Assembly: GCA_963605025.1 (NCBI GenBank)
Contig: CAVCSZ010000006.1
Location: 51 to 64,050, forward strand
Length of the DNA stretch: 64,000 nucleotides
Source of the DNA: a bacterium
Lineage (GTDB): Bacteria > Bacillota_I > Bacilli_A > RFN20 > CAG-826
Direction of reading: 5' to 3'
Below are positions 28,402 through 39,785 of the stretch, one piece after another. Both the position numbers and the translations under genes were made by a program. The notes under the pieces are model-generated. The model was given only the letters and a program-made list of their open reading frames with translations, did not search any database and had not been told where the DNA came from. Position 1 is the stretch's first letter. Each line of letters starts with the position of its first letter.

Positions 28402-30162
28402 TTATTCCTCCTTTTTATAGATATCCTTTATACAAATTCCAAGATCATCTAATTGATCTTGATCAACATATCTAGGAGCATTTGTACATGGACATACAGC
28501 ACTTAAATTTTTAGGGAAAGCAATGACATCACGTATATTTGTAGTTTGAGACATAATCATTGTTAATCTATCTAAACCAAAAGCCATTCCACCATGTGGA
28601 GGAGTTCCATATTTTAATGATTCAACGAAGAATCCAAATTTTTTCTCAATTTGTTCATCATTAAAACCTAAAATTTTGAAAATTCTTGCTTGTGTATCTT
28701 GATCATAAATTCTTAATCCGCCGCCACCAGCTTCATAACCATTCATAACAATATCATAAGTATAAGAATAAACATTATATGGTTCTGTTTCTAATTTATC
28801 TAAATCTTCGTCTTTAGGACGTGTAAATGGGTGATGACATGGTGTAATTTCGCCAGTTTCTTCACTCTTTTCAAATAATGGGAAATCTACTACCCATAAT
28901 AAATCATATGTATTAGGTTTAATTAAATTTAATTCATTAGCTAATTGACTTCTTAAAGCACCTAAACCAAAATTAATGTTTCTAGCTATATTAGATGATG
29001 TTAAAAATAAAACATCATTATTATTTAAATTAAATTCTTTATTTAATAAATCTTTTTCTAATTCTGTTAAATGCTTTGAAAAAGAACCAGTTAATTCATT
29101 ATTTTCTTTTTTAATGCATATAAAAGAATTTAATTTGAATTTTTTTGCTAAAAGATTATATTCATCTTGTTTCTTTCTAGAACAATTTTGAGCATAATTT
29201 TCAACTTTTAAACCTTTAATATATTTTGAAGTTTTAAATCCTTCAAATTCAGTATCACTAAATATATTTTTTAAATCGTGTAATTTTAAATCAAATCTTG
29301 TATCAGGTTTATCACTTCCATATTCGTTAACTGCAACATCATATGGCATTCTTCTTAAAGGTAATTCAACATCATAATTAATAACATCTTTATAAACTTT
29401 TTTAATAAATCCTTCCATTAAAGTTAAGAATTGATCTTGAGTTAAAAATGATGTTTCAATATCAATTTGAGTAAAATCAGGTTGTCTATCTGCACGTAAA
29501 TCTTCATCTCTAAAACATCTAGCAACTTGATAATATCTTTCAAAACCAGCTACCATAAGCATTTGTTTATATAATTGAGGAGATTGTGGTAAAGCATAAA
29601 ATTGTCCTTTATGAATTCTTGATGGAACAAGATAATCTCTTGCGCCTTCAGGAGTTGAAGGTGATAAATAAGGAGTTTCTACTTCGATAAAACCATTTTC
29701 ATCTAAATATTCATGAGCACATTTTGTAATTTTTGATCTAATAATAAAGTTTTTTAACATATTAGGTCTTCTTAAATCTAAATATCTATATTTTAATCTA
29801 ATATCTTCAAGTGCATCTGTGTTTTCAGCAATAATAAAAGGAGGTTGCTTACTTGTATTAATAAGTTCAACTTGATTTGCTATAATTTCAACTTCTCCTG
29901 TTTTTAATTTATTATTAGGAACATCTTTTTTTGATACGACACCAGTTATATTTAATATAAATTCATTTCTTATATCTGGTACTGTAACTTCATCTGTTTT
30001 TACGTTGATTTGAATAATTCCAGTTCTATCTCTTAAATCAATAAAAAGTAAGCTACCTAAATTTCTTTTTTTAGATACCCAACCAACAACAGATACAGTT
30101 TTTCCTACATCACTTAATCTTAAATCACCACAATAATTAGTTCTTTTAATTTCTTTTTCCAT
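28402..30162 (-). CDS. aspS: aspartate--tRNA ligase
   Basis: 586 aa, class IIb aaRS (FRDEDLRADRQPDFTQID, GLDRL). Confidence 0.95.
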   Translation of the reverse strand: MEKEIKRTNYCGDLRLSDVGKTVSVVGWVSKKRNLGSLLFIDLRDRTGIIQINVKTDEVTVPDIRNEFILNITGVVSKKDVPNNKLKTGEVEIIANQVELINTSKQPPFIIAENTDALEDIRLKYRYLDLRRPNMLKNFIIRSKITKCAHEYLDENGFIEVETPYLSPSTPEGARDYLVPSRIHKGQFYALPQSPQLYKQMLMVAGFERYYQVARCFRDEDLRADRQPDFTQIDIETSFLTQDQFLTLMEGFIKKVYKDVINYDVELPLRRMPYDVAVNEYGSDKPDTRFDLKLHDLKNIFSDTEFEGFKTSKYIKGLKVENYAQNCSRKKQDEYNLLAKKFKLNSFICIKKENNELTGSFSKHLTELEKDLLNKEFNLNNNDVLFLTSSNIARNINFGLGALRSQLANELNLIKPNTYDLLWVVDFPLFEKSEETGEITPCHHPFTRPKDEDLDKLETEPYNVYSYTYDIVMNGYEAGGGGLRIYDQDTQARIFKILGFNDEQIEKKFGFFVESLKYGTPPHGGMAFGLDRLTMIMSQTTNIRDVIAFPKNLSAVCPCTNAPRYVDQDQLDDLGICIKDIYKKEE

Positions 30163-30190
30163 AATACACCTTACTTAAATTACAATATTC

Positions 30191-31462
30191 TTAATCGCAA
30201 TTATTATCTAAATAATTAATTAAATTTCCAACATCAATTTCGTTTTGAACTTGAGTTTTTAAATTTTTAATTTTTACTTTATTATTTTTAACTTCATCTT
30301 CACCAATAATTAAAGCAAAATTTGCATTTCTTCTTTCAGCTTTTTTAAACATTTGAGAAAAATTTTTATTTTCTAAGCAAACTTCACATAAAAATCCATT
30401 TAATCTCAAACTATTGCATATTTCTAATGCTTGTTCTTGATAATTTCCAATAGGCATTACATAAATATCAATATGATTATCAATTTTACCTTCAAATAAA
30501 TTGTCTTCTGACATTACAGTTGCAAGTCTTTCTATTCCAAATGCTAATCCTACACCTTCACAATCTTTAGGACCTCCGACTTCATTAATTAATTTATTAT
30601 AATGTCCACCAGCTCCTAAAGCACCCAAAGACTTTCCACTTGAAGTAGTGTAATGATATTCAAATACACAATCGCTATAATAATCTAATCCTCTAACTAA
30701 ATTATTATCAATTTCGTATGGGATACCTAATCTTTCTAATTCATTTAAAACAATGTTAAATTTATTAATGGATTCTTCTGTTAAATAATCTCCAATTTTT
30801 GGAGCATTTTTAATAATTTCTGAATCAGCATCAATTTTACAATCTAAAATTCTTAATACATTTAATTTAAATCTTTCTTTACAATCTTCACATAAAGAAT
30901 CTAATTTATCTTTAAAATATTCTCTCAATGCATTTTTATAATTATTTCTGCTTACTTCGTCACCTAATGTATTAATTTTTAAATTAATATTATTAAAACC
31001 TAGCATTTTCAAAGCATTATATCCAAAACTTATAATTTCTGTATCACGATATGGAGAATTAACACCAATACATTCAATTCCAAATTGATTAAATTGACGA
31101 TATCTTCCTTGTTGAGGTCTTTCATATCTAAAACATGGTCCAACATAATAAGCTTTGATAGGATAATCTTGCATAGCAAGTAATTTATTATTAACGATTG
31201 AACGTGCAATACCTGCAGTAATTTCAGGTCTTAAAGTAATACTTCTACCAGCTCTATCATCAAATGTATACATTTCTTTTCTAACAATATCTGAACTATC
31301 TCCAACAGATCTTGAAAATAATTCACTATGTTCAATTACAGGTGTTCTAAATTCTTTAAAATTATAAGTTTCAGCAACTTGAATTAAAATTTGTTCTATA
31401 TAAGTATATTGATCTGCTTCATCAATAATTATATCGTGTGTTCCTTTAACTAAATTAAACAT
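30191..31462 (-). CDS. hisS: histidine--tRNA ligase
   Basis: 423 aa (LRPEITAGIAR, CFRYERPQQGRYRQF, GGHYN). GAGGA lies upstream. Confidence 0.95.
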   Translation of the reverse strand: MFNLVKGTHDIIIDEADQYTYIEQILIQVAETYNFKEFRTPVIEHSELFSRSVGDSSDIVRKEMYTFDDRAGRSITLRPEITAGIARSIVNNKLLAMQDYPIKAYYVGPCFRYERPQQGRYRQFNQFGIECIGVNSPYRDTEIISFGYNALKMLGFNNINLKINTLGDEVSRNNYKNALREYFKDKLDSLCEDCKERFKLNVLRILDCKIDADSEIIKNAPKIGDYLTEESINKFNIVLNELERLGIPYEIDNNLVRGLDYYSDCVFEYHYTTSSGKSLGALGAGGHYNKLINEVGGPKDCEGVGLAFGIERLATVMSEDNLFEGKIDNHIDIYVMPIGNYQEQALEICNSLRLNGFLCEVCLENKNFSQMFKKAERRNANFALIIGEDEVKNNKVKIKNLKTQVQNEIDVGNLINYLDNNCD

Positions 31463-31545
31463 TATAAATTCCTCTTTTTTCTCATATAATATGATATAAA
31501 AAATACATCAAAAAATCAATAAAACCAGTTTATTAAGATTTTATT

Positions 31546-33837
31546 TTAATGTGTTACTCTTTTTATATCGAAAACATCTTTTAAACCTTTAATTGATTGA
31601 AAAACTTTATCTAATTTATCTTTATTTTCAACATAAATTTGACAAGAAACAACACATGTAATGCCATCATTCATGATTTTACCATTAATTTCAGTACATT
31701 TTACTTTAAGGGATGCAAATAAATTTAATACATCACTTATTAATGCGTTTCTATCATTAGAAAATATTTGTATATCAACAGGATAAGTTCCTTTTAAATT
31801 ATTTTTCCAATAAACATCAATTAAACGTTGTTTTTCTCCATGTATATTAGGACATTCCGATCTATGAACAGTTACTCCATTTCCTTTTGTAACATATCCA
31901 ATGATATTATCACCAGGAATAGGTGTACAACAATTTCCTAAAGTAATTTTAATACCATCACCATTTTCAACATAAACAGGGAAAGTATCGTTATTATATT
32001 CTTCTTTTTTAGAAAGATAGATTTCATTTTTCTTTTTAATATTTAAAAAAGAACCAATTGCTCCTGGAGCTGGATTGTGTAATGAAATAGCAACGAATAA
32101 ATCGTCTAAAGTTTCACAATGGTAATTATTTAGGACATTTTCAGTATTTAATAAGTTATACATTTCTTGTTCAGAAACTCCACGATCTTTTAAATAATCA
32201 ATCATGATTGTTTTTCCACGAACAATTTTCTCTTCTTTTACTAAATTTTCATTTTTCTTTTGTAATGCCTTTTTAATTTTACTTTTAGCTGAAGATGTTT
32301 TAACAATATTTAACCATTCTTCATTTGGTCCACTTGCGTTCTTACTAGTTTTTATTTCACAAATATCACCAGTTTTTAATTTTGTGTTTAAAGGTACAAG
32401 AGTTCCATTAACAATAGCACCAATACAAGATTCTCCGATTTTACTATGTATTTTAAATGCTAAATCTAATGGAGTTGAACCGTTAGGTAAATCAATAACT
32501 TTTCCTTTTGGAGTAAATACATAAACATTCGCTTCAAAAATATCATTATTTAATGTATTTAAATATTCTTTAGCTTCTGCATTTTCTTGATCATTACTAA
32601 TTGAAACGAAGTCTCTAAACCAATGTAATTGTTCTTCAATTTCTTTTTGTTCTTGTTTAGCATTATATTTTCCACCTTCTTTATAACGCCAATGAGCAGC
32701 AACACCACTTTCTGCAATTTCGTCCATTTCTTTAGTTCTTATTTGAACTTCAAAGACATTAGCGTTTCCATCAATAACTGAAGTATGTAATGATTGATAC
32801 ATGTTAGGTTTAGGCATAGCAATATAATCTTTAAATCTTCCAGGAATTGGTTTAAAGTTTTGGTGAATAATACCTAAAATTTCATAACAATTAATTTCAG
32901 TTTCAGTAATAATTCTTAACGCTAAAACATCATAAATTTGATCAAATGAATGATGTTTTATATACATTTTTTTATAAATAGAATAAACTGATTTAATTCT
33001 TGATTCTATTTCAAATTTAAAATTATGATTATATAAAATATCTGCAATTTTCTTTTTTAATGAATTTAAAGATGCACTTCTATTTTTAATTCTTTCATTT
33101 AAAAGCTCTGTAATTTCTTTGTATTCTTCACTTTTTTCGATTTTTAATGATAAATCTTCTAATTCACTTTCAACACGATATAAACCTAAACGGTGTGCAA
33201 TTGGAGCAAAAACTTCTAAGGTTTCTTTAGCCATTGCGTGTTGTCTTTCTGGTTTTAAAGCTTCAATTGTTCTTAAATTATGTAATCTATCTGCTAATTT
33301 AATAATAATAACACGAACATCTTTTGCCATTCCTAAAAAGATTTTACGATGATCTTCTGCTTCAAATTCTTCTTCAGTTCTTTTTGATAATTTTAATCTT
33401 TGAATTTTTGTTAATGAATCTACAATTCTTGCACATTCGCTTCCAAACATTTTTTTAATGTCTTCAATTGAAGTATCTGTATCTTCAACAACATCGTGTA
33501 AAAACGCACTAGCAATTGTTACAGGACCTGATTGTAAAGTTGCACAAATATAAGCTACTTCAATTAAATGATGTACATAAGGTTCACCACTTTTTCTAAA
33601 AATACCATCATGTTTTTTACAAACAAAATCATAAGCTTTTCTAATCATTTTATGATCATCTTCATTATGAATATATAATGAATATATTGCTTTGACATCT
33701 TCAAAAGAATGCATTGGATAACCACCATTTGGTTTTAAAACATTATTTTCTTCTTTTATTATTTCTTTTTTATTAACAACATTTTCATTTAAATCATTTT
33801 TAATGTTTAATTCTAAATCATTTAACTTAATATCCAT
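31546..33837 (-). CDS. relA: bifunctional (p)ppGpp synthetase/hydrolase (long RSH)
   Basis: HD hydrolase motif (HDVVEDT), synthetase motif (RFKDYIAMPKPNMYQSLHT), and TGS and ACT regions. The track start at 33882 is ATT and overlaps recJ. The ATG at 33837 lies just after the recJ stop. Confidence 0.9.
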   Translation of the reverse strand: MDIKLNDLELNIKNDLNENVVNKKEIIKEENNVLKPNGGYPMHSFEDVKAIYSLYIHNEDDHKMIRKAYDFVCKKHDGIFRKSGEPYVHHLIEVAYICATLQSGPVTIASAFLHDVVEDTDTSIEDIKKMFGSECARIVDSLTKIQRLKLSKRTEEEFEAEDHRKIFLGMAKDVRVIIIKLADRLHNLRTIEALKPERQHAMAKETLEVFAPIAHRLGLYRVESELEDLSLKIEKSEEYKEITELLNERIKNRSASLNSLKKKIADILYNHNFKFEIESRIKSVYSIYKKMYIKHHSFDQIYDVLALRIITETEINCYEILGIIHQNFKPIPGRFKDYIAMPKPNMYQSLHTSVIDGNANVFEVQIRTKEMDEIAESGVAAHWRYKEGGKYNAKQEQKEIEEQLHWFRDFVSISNDQENAEAKEYLNTLNNDIFEANVYVFTPKGKVIDLPNGSTPLDLAFKIHSKIGESCIGAIVNGTLVPLNTKLKTGDICEIKTSKNASGPNEEWLNIVKTSSAKSKIKKALQKKNENLVKEEKIVRGKTIMIDYLKDRGVSEQEMYNLLNTENVLNNYHCETLDDLFVAISLHNPAPGAIGSFLNIKKKNEIYLSKKEEYNNDTFPVYVENGDGIKITLGNCCTPIPGDNIIGYVTKGNGVTVHRSECPNIHGEKQRLIDVYWKNNLKGTYPVDIQIFSNDRNALISDVLNLFASLKVKCTEINGKIMNDGITCVVSCQIYVENKDKLDKVFQSIKGLKDVFDIKRVTH

Positions 33838-33838
33838 T

Positions 33839-35392
33839 TTAAACCTCTTTACTAACAATATAATTATAACTCTTAAAATCAATACTTACTAAACTTTTAA
33901 ATTCAGTTTTCTCAATATTACCAATTAAATCAACATATTTATTATCTAAAATCTCTTTTGGAAACGAAAAATATAAAATTTTTGAATTTTTTCCCACTTT
34001 CATAATGATATGATTATTATCTTTACTAAAAGTAAAACTTTTCGTAGAAATATTTTTAATTATAAATAATGGTTTTTTAAAATCTTGACCAAATGGCTTA
34101 AATGAATTTAAAATTTTAAAATTTTCAAAATTTAAATCTTGATAAGAAATTTCTACATATTTTTCATTATAATTTTCTACTTGATTTAAAAATAGTTCAT
34201 TTAATTTATTTTTAAAAATATTAATATTTTCTTCTTTAATTGTAAATCCTGCTGCTTGAGAATGACCACCATAAGTAATTAATAAATCACTTATCGAACT
34301 TAATGTTTCGCTTAAATTTCCATGTTTTGATAAAATTCTAGCACTACCTTTATAAATATCATTTGATTTAGTTAATATAAAAGTAGGTTTTTTTGTAATA
34401 TCAAGAACTTTATTAGCTACTAATCCTATTAAGCCTTCTTCAATATTTAAAATTAAAAAATTAACATTATCATTATTTATATATAAATTATAATCAAAAT
34501 CGTTAATAATCTTTTTTCTTTCTTCATTATTATGATTAATCCAATCTATTAATAATTCATCATCTTGATTATCATTTACTAAATATTTAACAATTCTTAA
34601 ATTAGTATTATCATTAATTAATCTTCCAATTGAATTAATTTTAGGTATAAATTGACTATTTAAATCATCTTCATCATATTTTTCTTTTTTGTTTTTAAAT
34701 AAATTTATAATTTTATTAAATTTATTATTATTTAAAGAATCAATTCCTAACCTAACGATATTTCTATTTAAATCAATAAGTGGCATAGAATCAGATAAAA
34801 TTGAAATCGCACCTAATGTTAATAGATATTCATTTACTTCGTTAAGTAAAAAGTAACTGAATATAAATGATAATGCACCTGCTGATATATTGTGTGATGC
34901 AATATTTGATAATTTCCAATGAATAATAGAATCTGCATTTGGAATCTTTTCTTTAATTTCATGATGATCAATTATTAAAACTTTTAAGCCGTTATTTTTT
35001 AAATAATTTATTTGTTCATTTAAAGTAATTCCATTATCTACTAAAATAACTAAATTATAATTTGATTTTACTATTTTTTCGGCGTTTTCTAAAGTTAATC
35101 CATATCCATCATTTTTTCTTTTAGGAATATAATAAAAAGAATTATATTTTTTTAATTTTATTGCTAAATATATAATTGCGGTAGATAAAATTCCATCACA
35201 ATCATAATCTCCATAAATCAATATTTTTTCATTATTATTTATAGAATCATTTAATATTTTAACAGATTTTTCTAAATCAATATTATTTTTAAAACTATCT
35301 AAAAAAGCATAATCAACATTATTGATTATTTTTTTATTATATTCATCAATGTTTAAATTAAAATTTAATAATAATTTTTCTAAAAAATTCAT
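33839..35392 (-). CDS. recJ: single-stranded-DNA-specific exonuclease RecJ (short form)
   Basis: DHH motifs (GDYDCDG, DNG, DHHE) and the DHHA1 motif GGHSQAAGF. The track start at 35401 is TTG. The first ATG is at 35392. Confidence 0.8.
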   Translation of the reverse strand: MNFLEKLLLNFNLNIDEYNKKIINNVDYAFLDSFKNNIDLEKSVKILNDSINNNEKILIYGDYDCDGILSTAIIYLAIKLKKYNSFYYIPKRKNDGYGLTLENAEKIVKSNYNLVILVDNGITLNEQINYLKNNGLKVLIIDHHEIKEKIPNADSIIHWKLSNIASHNISAGALSFIFSYFLLNEVNEYLLTLGAISILSDSMPLIDLNRNIVRLGIDSLNNNKFNKIINLFKNKKEKYDEDDLNSQFIPKINSIGRLINDNTNLRIVKYLVNDNQDDELLIDWINHNNEERKKIINDFDYNLYINNDNVNFLILNIEEGLIGLVANKVLDITKKPTFILTKSNDIYKGSARILSKHGNLSETLSSISDLLITYGGHSQAAGFTIKEENINIFKNKLNELFLNQVENYNEKYVEISYQDLNFENFKILNSFKPFGQDFKKPLFIIKNISTKSFTFSKDNNHIIMKVGKNSKILYFSFPKEILDNKYVDLIGNIEKTEFKSLVSIDFKSYNYIVSKEV

Positions 35393-35402
35393 ATAAAACA
35401 AT

Positions 35403-35425
35403 AAAAGCGGGATTTGCCCGCTTTT
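35403..35425 (-). terminator. rho-independent terminator between secDF and recJ
   Basis: The minus strand reads AAAAGCGGG-CAAAT-CCCGCTTTT followed by ATTGTTTTAT. This is the most GC-rich hairpin I saw in the window. Confidence 0.7.
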
Positions 35426-35433
35426 ATAATAAA

Positions 35434-38196
35434 CTAATCATTAATTCCAATAAATATTGCTTCTTCAGGGCCATCATCATTTTTAGTTTTATTCTTTTTC
35501 TTTTTATTTTCTCTATTAAATAATCCTTTAAATTTCATGAAAATTTTATTAAAGAATAATTCTATGTTAATTGAACATGCTTTTTGAAGAATTAATATAA
35601 CAACAAAGCCAATTAATAATAATATTAATAAATAAGTGTCTAAACTTGATGTAAAGAACATTGAAATTACCATTAATCCTAAAATTAATAATATAGAAGC
35701 ATTAAATGGATAATAATCATTAAATCCTACTTCATATGCATCACGTCTTAATTCTAAAGTATTAAGATCTTTTTTACCTTCTTGCATAATTTCCTTTTCT
35801 TTATTGTAATAAATTACAGTTGTTATATATCCTAATACTGTTAATAATAAAGCACCTAAAGTAATAACCGATCCAAATGGAGCGTTACATAATGAGAAAA
35901 TACCAACGACGATAGTAATACTTCCACCAATTAAAATAATAGATGCTAAAGTTTTTGATAATCCAAATCTAATTAGCATATATATACTTGTAACAGCAAT
36001 TCCAATACTTACAAATAATAAAACATAATAATTATTAGAATCGTTAGTAGCATTATAAATACTATTAACACTTATTTTTGAAGTAGAAATAACATTATTA
36101 ATTGAAATATCTACAGCTTTTTCTAAAGTTGATTCAACTAAATTTGAATCATTATCTAAATAATAAGCTTTGTCATCAATGTTATATTTTCCATCTAATG
36201 TAATTACATAATAATATTCTTTATTAGTAACGCTATTAATAATGTAAGAATAATTATATGTTTTTACATCAGGAGATTTACAAATTGATTTATTTTCATT
36301 TATAAATACTTTTTCTTTTAAAATTGATGAAATTGTATCAATATTATTTTCAATTTCAGTTTCATCATCTTCTGTAATATTTTGTTTATCAATTCTAATA
36401 ACAAGTTCAGTATTAGATTGAGTTGATGATGAATTATAAATATTTCCTCTGATTAATTGGAAAGAGGTTAAACCTGCAACAGAAGCAACTAATAAAATAG
36501 CACCAATAATACTTACAATTTTATATGTTTTTTTAGGTTGTTTTTTATTAAATTTTTCAAAATATGTAGGTTTTTCATCTTTTGATAAATTTGGAATTTC
36601 TTTTTTATTAACACCAATTAAATTTAATTTTTTATTTACAATTGATGAATTATAAATTAACCAACTTAATGGTCTTAAAATTGCCATATTTAATATAATA
36701 TTTAATATTGAACCAACAATTAATAATGATCCAAATGACATTAAATTAGAAGTAGGAATTAAATAACTTGTAATTCCTAAAATCATTGTAATAATGCTTA
36801 TATCAAATTGAATCATGAAAGAACGTTTACTTCCTTCTTGATTAGCTTTTTTAATATTTTTACCTTTATATAATTCATTATTTGCTTTCTTGAAATAAAT
36901 AACACCTGAGAAAATAGAAACAACCATTAATGTTAAATAACCAATAATTGCACCAACATTAAATTCACTACCAAATAAATTAAATAATCCAATAGATGAA
37001 ATTAACATTGCAAATGAATTAATAATAACAGTAATTCCATTTAATCCAAAATGTAAACATAAGAATAATGAAACGATTACAATAGCAATAAATGAAGCGA
37101 TAAATAAAGAATTTGTCCAATTTATTTCATTCATATAAACTAAATGATCTAAGAATGGAGAAATAATACTTGTATAAGCGTTTGTTCCACTAGTGTTAAC
37201 TAATGTAATTTCTTGAGAATATGTAGATGAATTGAATTTATGCATCCATATATTTGCTTTTTTATATGCTAATACTCTATCAGTTTCAACTGAACCATAA
37301 GTATTTGATGATGAATCTAAGTTATAACCACCAAAGAAAATTTCTTCATATACTTTATTTTCTTGATCAGTAGCACTTAAAGATGAATCATAATCCCAAT
37401 AAATTGATGATGCACTACTTGAATCATATGAAAATAAAATATGATTCTTTGTTAAAGCTTTATCTAAATATGGAGATCCATCACTACTTAATAAAGTTTC
37501 AATTTTCATACCAGTTAACCAGTTATTTAAAATATAAACTTTATTGATTGTTGTATCAGTTTCTTCTTCATCATCTTCTAATGTAACATAATTATTAATT
37601 GAAGTTGTTGATGAACTTGAACTTGTTGCATTTTTTGCAGTTGTAACAACGTTTTTGAATTCTTCAGGATTTTTTAATTTTACAACAACATAAGGATAAT
37701 TATCTTTATATTCAATTCTTGCACTTCCTGATTCAAAAAAGTTATCATTTCCAGTATTTTCTTTTATTTGAATAGAATCTTTACCTACAACAACATCTTC
37801 TTTATAAGTTGATGCTTTGAATGACCAAGAGAAATTTAAATATGATGAAATATCATCATATAAACTTGTGCTTGTTTTAAAAGTAACTTTAATAGTATCA
37901 AAACCACTAGTTTCTAATTTATAATTAGTTACATCAGCATAAGATAATCTAGATTTAAATTCATTTACAACATCTTCTAATATTTCTTTTTTAGTATCAT
38001 CGTTTTCATTTAATTCTTTAGTAGTTCCATCAGAATTTAAAAGATTGTAATTTTTTTCACTAATCTTATAAACATAAGTTCTACCAGCAGAATAATCACC
38101 AGTTCCATTTACAGTTTTTAAAGCAGGAATCATACCTACTAAACATGCAAGTAACATCGATGCTGTTAATGATATATATGCAATAATTCTTTTCAT
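35434..38196 (-). CDS. secDF: protein translocase subunit SecDF (fused, with enlarged extracytoplasmic domain)
   Basis: 920 aa with an N-terminal signal anchor, a long Ser/Thr-rich outer domain, and two six-helix SecD/SecF-like membrane blocks. GAGG lies upstream. Confidence 0.85.
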   Translation of the reverse strand: MKRIIAYISLTASMLLACLVGMIPALKTVNGTGDYSAGRTYVYKISEKNYNLLNSDGTTKELNENDDTKKEILEDVVNEFKSRLSYADVTNYKLETSGFDTIKVTFKTSTSLYDDISSYLNFSWSFKASTYKEDVVVGKDSIQIKENTGNDNFFESGSARIEYKDNYPYVVVKLKNPEEFKNVVTTAKNATSSSSSTTSINNYVTLEDDEEETDTTINKVYILNNWLTGMKIETLLSSDGSPYLDKALTKNHILFSYDSSSASSIYWDYDSSLSATDQENKVYEEIFFGGYNLDSSSNTYGSVETDRVLAYKKANIWMHKFNSSTYSQEITLVNTSGTNAYTSIISPFLDHLVYMNEINWTNSLFIASFIAIVIVSLFLCLHFGLNGITVIINSFAMLISSIGLFNLFGSEFNVGAIIGYLTLMVVSIFSGVIYFKKANNELYKGKNIKKANQEGSKRSFMIQFDISIITMILGITSYLIPTSNLMSFGSLLIVGSILNIILNMAILRPLSWLIYNSSIVNKKLNLIGVNKKEIPNLSKDEKPTYFEKFNKKQPKKTYKIVSIIGAILLVASVAGLTSFQLIRGNIYNSSSTQSNTELVIRIDKQNITEDDETEIENNIDTISSILKEKVFINENKSICKSPDVKTYNYSYIINSVTNKEYYYVITLDGKYNIDDKAYYLDNDSNLVESTLEKAVDISINNVISTSKISVNSIYNATNDSNNYYVLLFVSIGIAVTSIYMLIRFGLSKTLASIILIGGSITIVVGIFSLCNAPFGSVITLGALLLTVLGYITTVIYYNKEKEIMQEGKKDLNTLELRRDAYEVGFNDYYPFNASILLILGLMVISMFFTSSLDTYLLILLLIGFVVILILQKACSINIELFFNKIFMKFKGLFNRENKKKKNKTKNDDGPEEAIFIGIND

Positions 38197-38279
38197 TTTA
38201 ACGCCTCAAAAAATAATTTATATACAAAATATAAATATGTTTTTAATTATAAATAAAATTATAAAAAAATACAATATAA

Positions 38280-39239
38280 TTAAATACTTTTATTAATTAT
38301 TTTTTCGTAATAATTAATTCCTTTATCGGTTAATTTTCTTCCTCTTTTTGTACGGATAATTATACCTAAATATACTAAATATGGTTCATTAATTTTTAAT
38401 AAATTATTAGGGTTTTCATTTATAGAAGCTGCAATTGAAGAAATTGAGCATGGTTCATTATTATATAGATTATATAAAACATCAATCATTTTAATGTCTT
38501 CCTCGTTTAATCCATATTCATATATTTTTATAATATTAAAAAAATTAATAATATTATTTTGATTTAAATTTGATATTTTATAATAATCTAAATAATCTTT
38601 TAATCTTAATGAAATATTATTAGCGATTCGAGGAGTATATCTACATCTTTTTGATACAAAATCAACTATTTCTTCACTTGAATTAATATTTAAATTTTTA
38701 AAATTATTATAAATAATATTTTTAATATCTAATAAACTATAATATTTAAAATTATAAATAATAGAAAATCTACTTCTTAACGCAAAAGAAATATTTCCTG
38801 CATTTGTAGTAGTACCTATCAAAGTAAAATTTGGAATATTATATTTTAAAATTTTATTTGATTCATCTGATTTATAAACAATCGATAAAGTAAAACTTTC
38901 CATAACTTCATATAAAGTTTCCTCTATTTCAATTGGTAATCGATGAATTTCATCTAGTATAACAACATCATTTTCTTTTATATTAGATAATAAATTAATT
39001 AAATCCGATATTTTTTCTAATGTTGGAGCATTAATTTTAATGAAATTTGAATTCATTTCATTAGCGATAATTTTTCCAATTGTTGTTTTTCCAAGCCCTG
39101 GAGGACCATATAATAAAATATGACAAAGCGAAGAATTTCTCTTCTTTGATCCATATATTGATATTTTTAATTGATTTATTAAATTTTCTTGACCTATAAA
39201 AGAATCAAAACTATCAACATTAAAATTATTATATTCCAT
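38280..39239 (-). CDS. ruvB: Holliday junction helicase RuvB
   Basis: 319 aa with Walker A GPPGLGKTT and Walker B DEIHR. Confidence 0.9.
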   Translation of the reverse strand: MEYNNFNVDSFDSFIGQENLINQLKISIYGSKKRNSSLCHILLYGPPGLGKTTIGKIIANEMNSNFIKINAPTLEKISDLINLLSNIKENDVVILDEIHRLPIEIEETLYEVMESFTLSIVYKSDESNKILKYNIPNFTLIGTTTNAGNISFALRSRFSIIYNFKYYSLLDIKNIIYNNFKNLNINSSEEIVDFVSKRCRYTPRIANNISLRLKDYLDYYKISNLNQNNIINFFNIIKIYEYGLNEEDIKMIDVLYNLYNNEPCSISSIAASINENPNNLLKINEPYLVYLGIIIRTKRGRKLTDKGINYYEKIINKSI

Positions 39240-39783
39240 TCTTGTTTAACCTTTTAATAGAGAATTCAATTAATTCTTTTTCATTATTAATACAAGTATT
39301 TTCTAATAAAATTTTTTTAATATTATTATCAGAATATCCTAATTTTATTAATGTTTCGTAAGTGTTTTTAATTACTTTGTCATTTAAGTATTTTTTTGAA
39401 AATTTAGGATATAATTTCGATACAAAAATTTCTGCATTTGAAGAAATTCCTGATATTTTTCTTAATGAATCAATATCTTTTTTTAAAATAAGATCTTTAA
39501 AATTTAATGGATCAATATTTTTTAAAATATTAAGAGCTTTTTTAGGTCCATATCCATTTAAAGAAATAATTAACAAAAAATATTCATATTCTGTATAATT
39601 ATTAAATCCAAATAATGAAATATTATTTTCATTTAAATAATCATAAACATAAATTTCATAATTTTGATTTAAAATATAAAATTTAGGATTTGAAACAAAT
39701 ACTTCAAATCCTAAATTATTAACATCAAAAATAATAAAATTATTATTAATTTCAATAACTTTTCCGTTTAATTTTTTTAACAT
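39229..39783 (-). CDS. ruvA: Holliday junction DNA-binding protein RuvA
   Basis: 184 aa. N-terminus LNGKVIEI...GFEVFVS is RuvA-like. Directly upstream of ruvB. Confidence 0.75.
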   Translation of the reverse strand: MLKKLNGKVIEINNNFIIFDVNNLGFEVFVSNPKFYILNQNYEIYVYDYLNENNISLFGFNNYTEYEYFLLIISLNGYGPKKALNILKNIDPLNFKDLILKKDIDSLRKISGISSNAEIFVSKLYPKFSKKYLNDKVIKNTYETLIKLGYSDNNIKKILLENTCINNEKELIEFSIKRLNKNGI

Positions 39784-39785
39784 TT

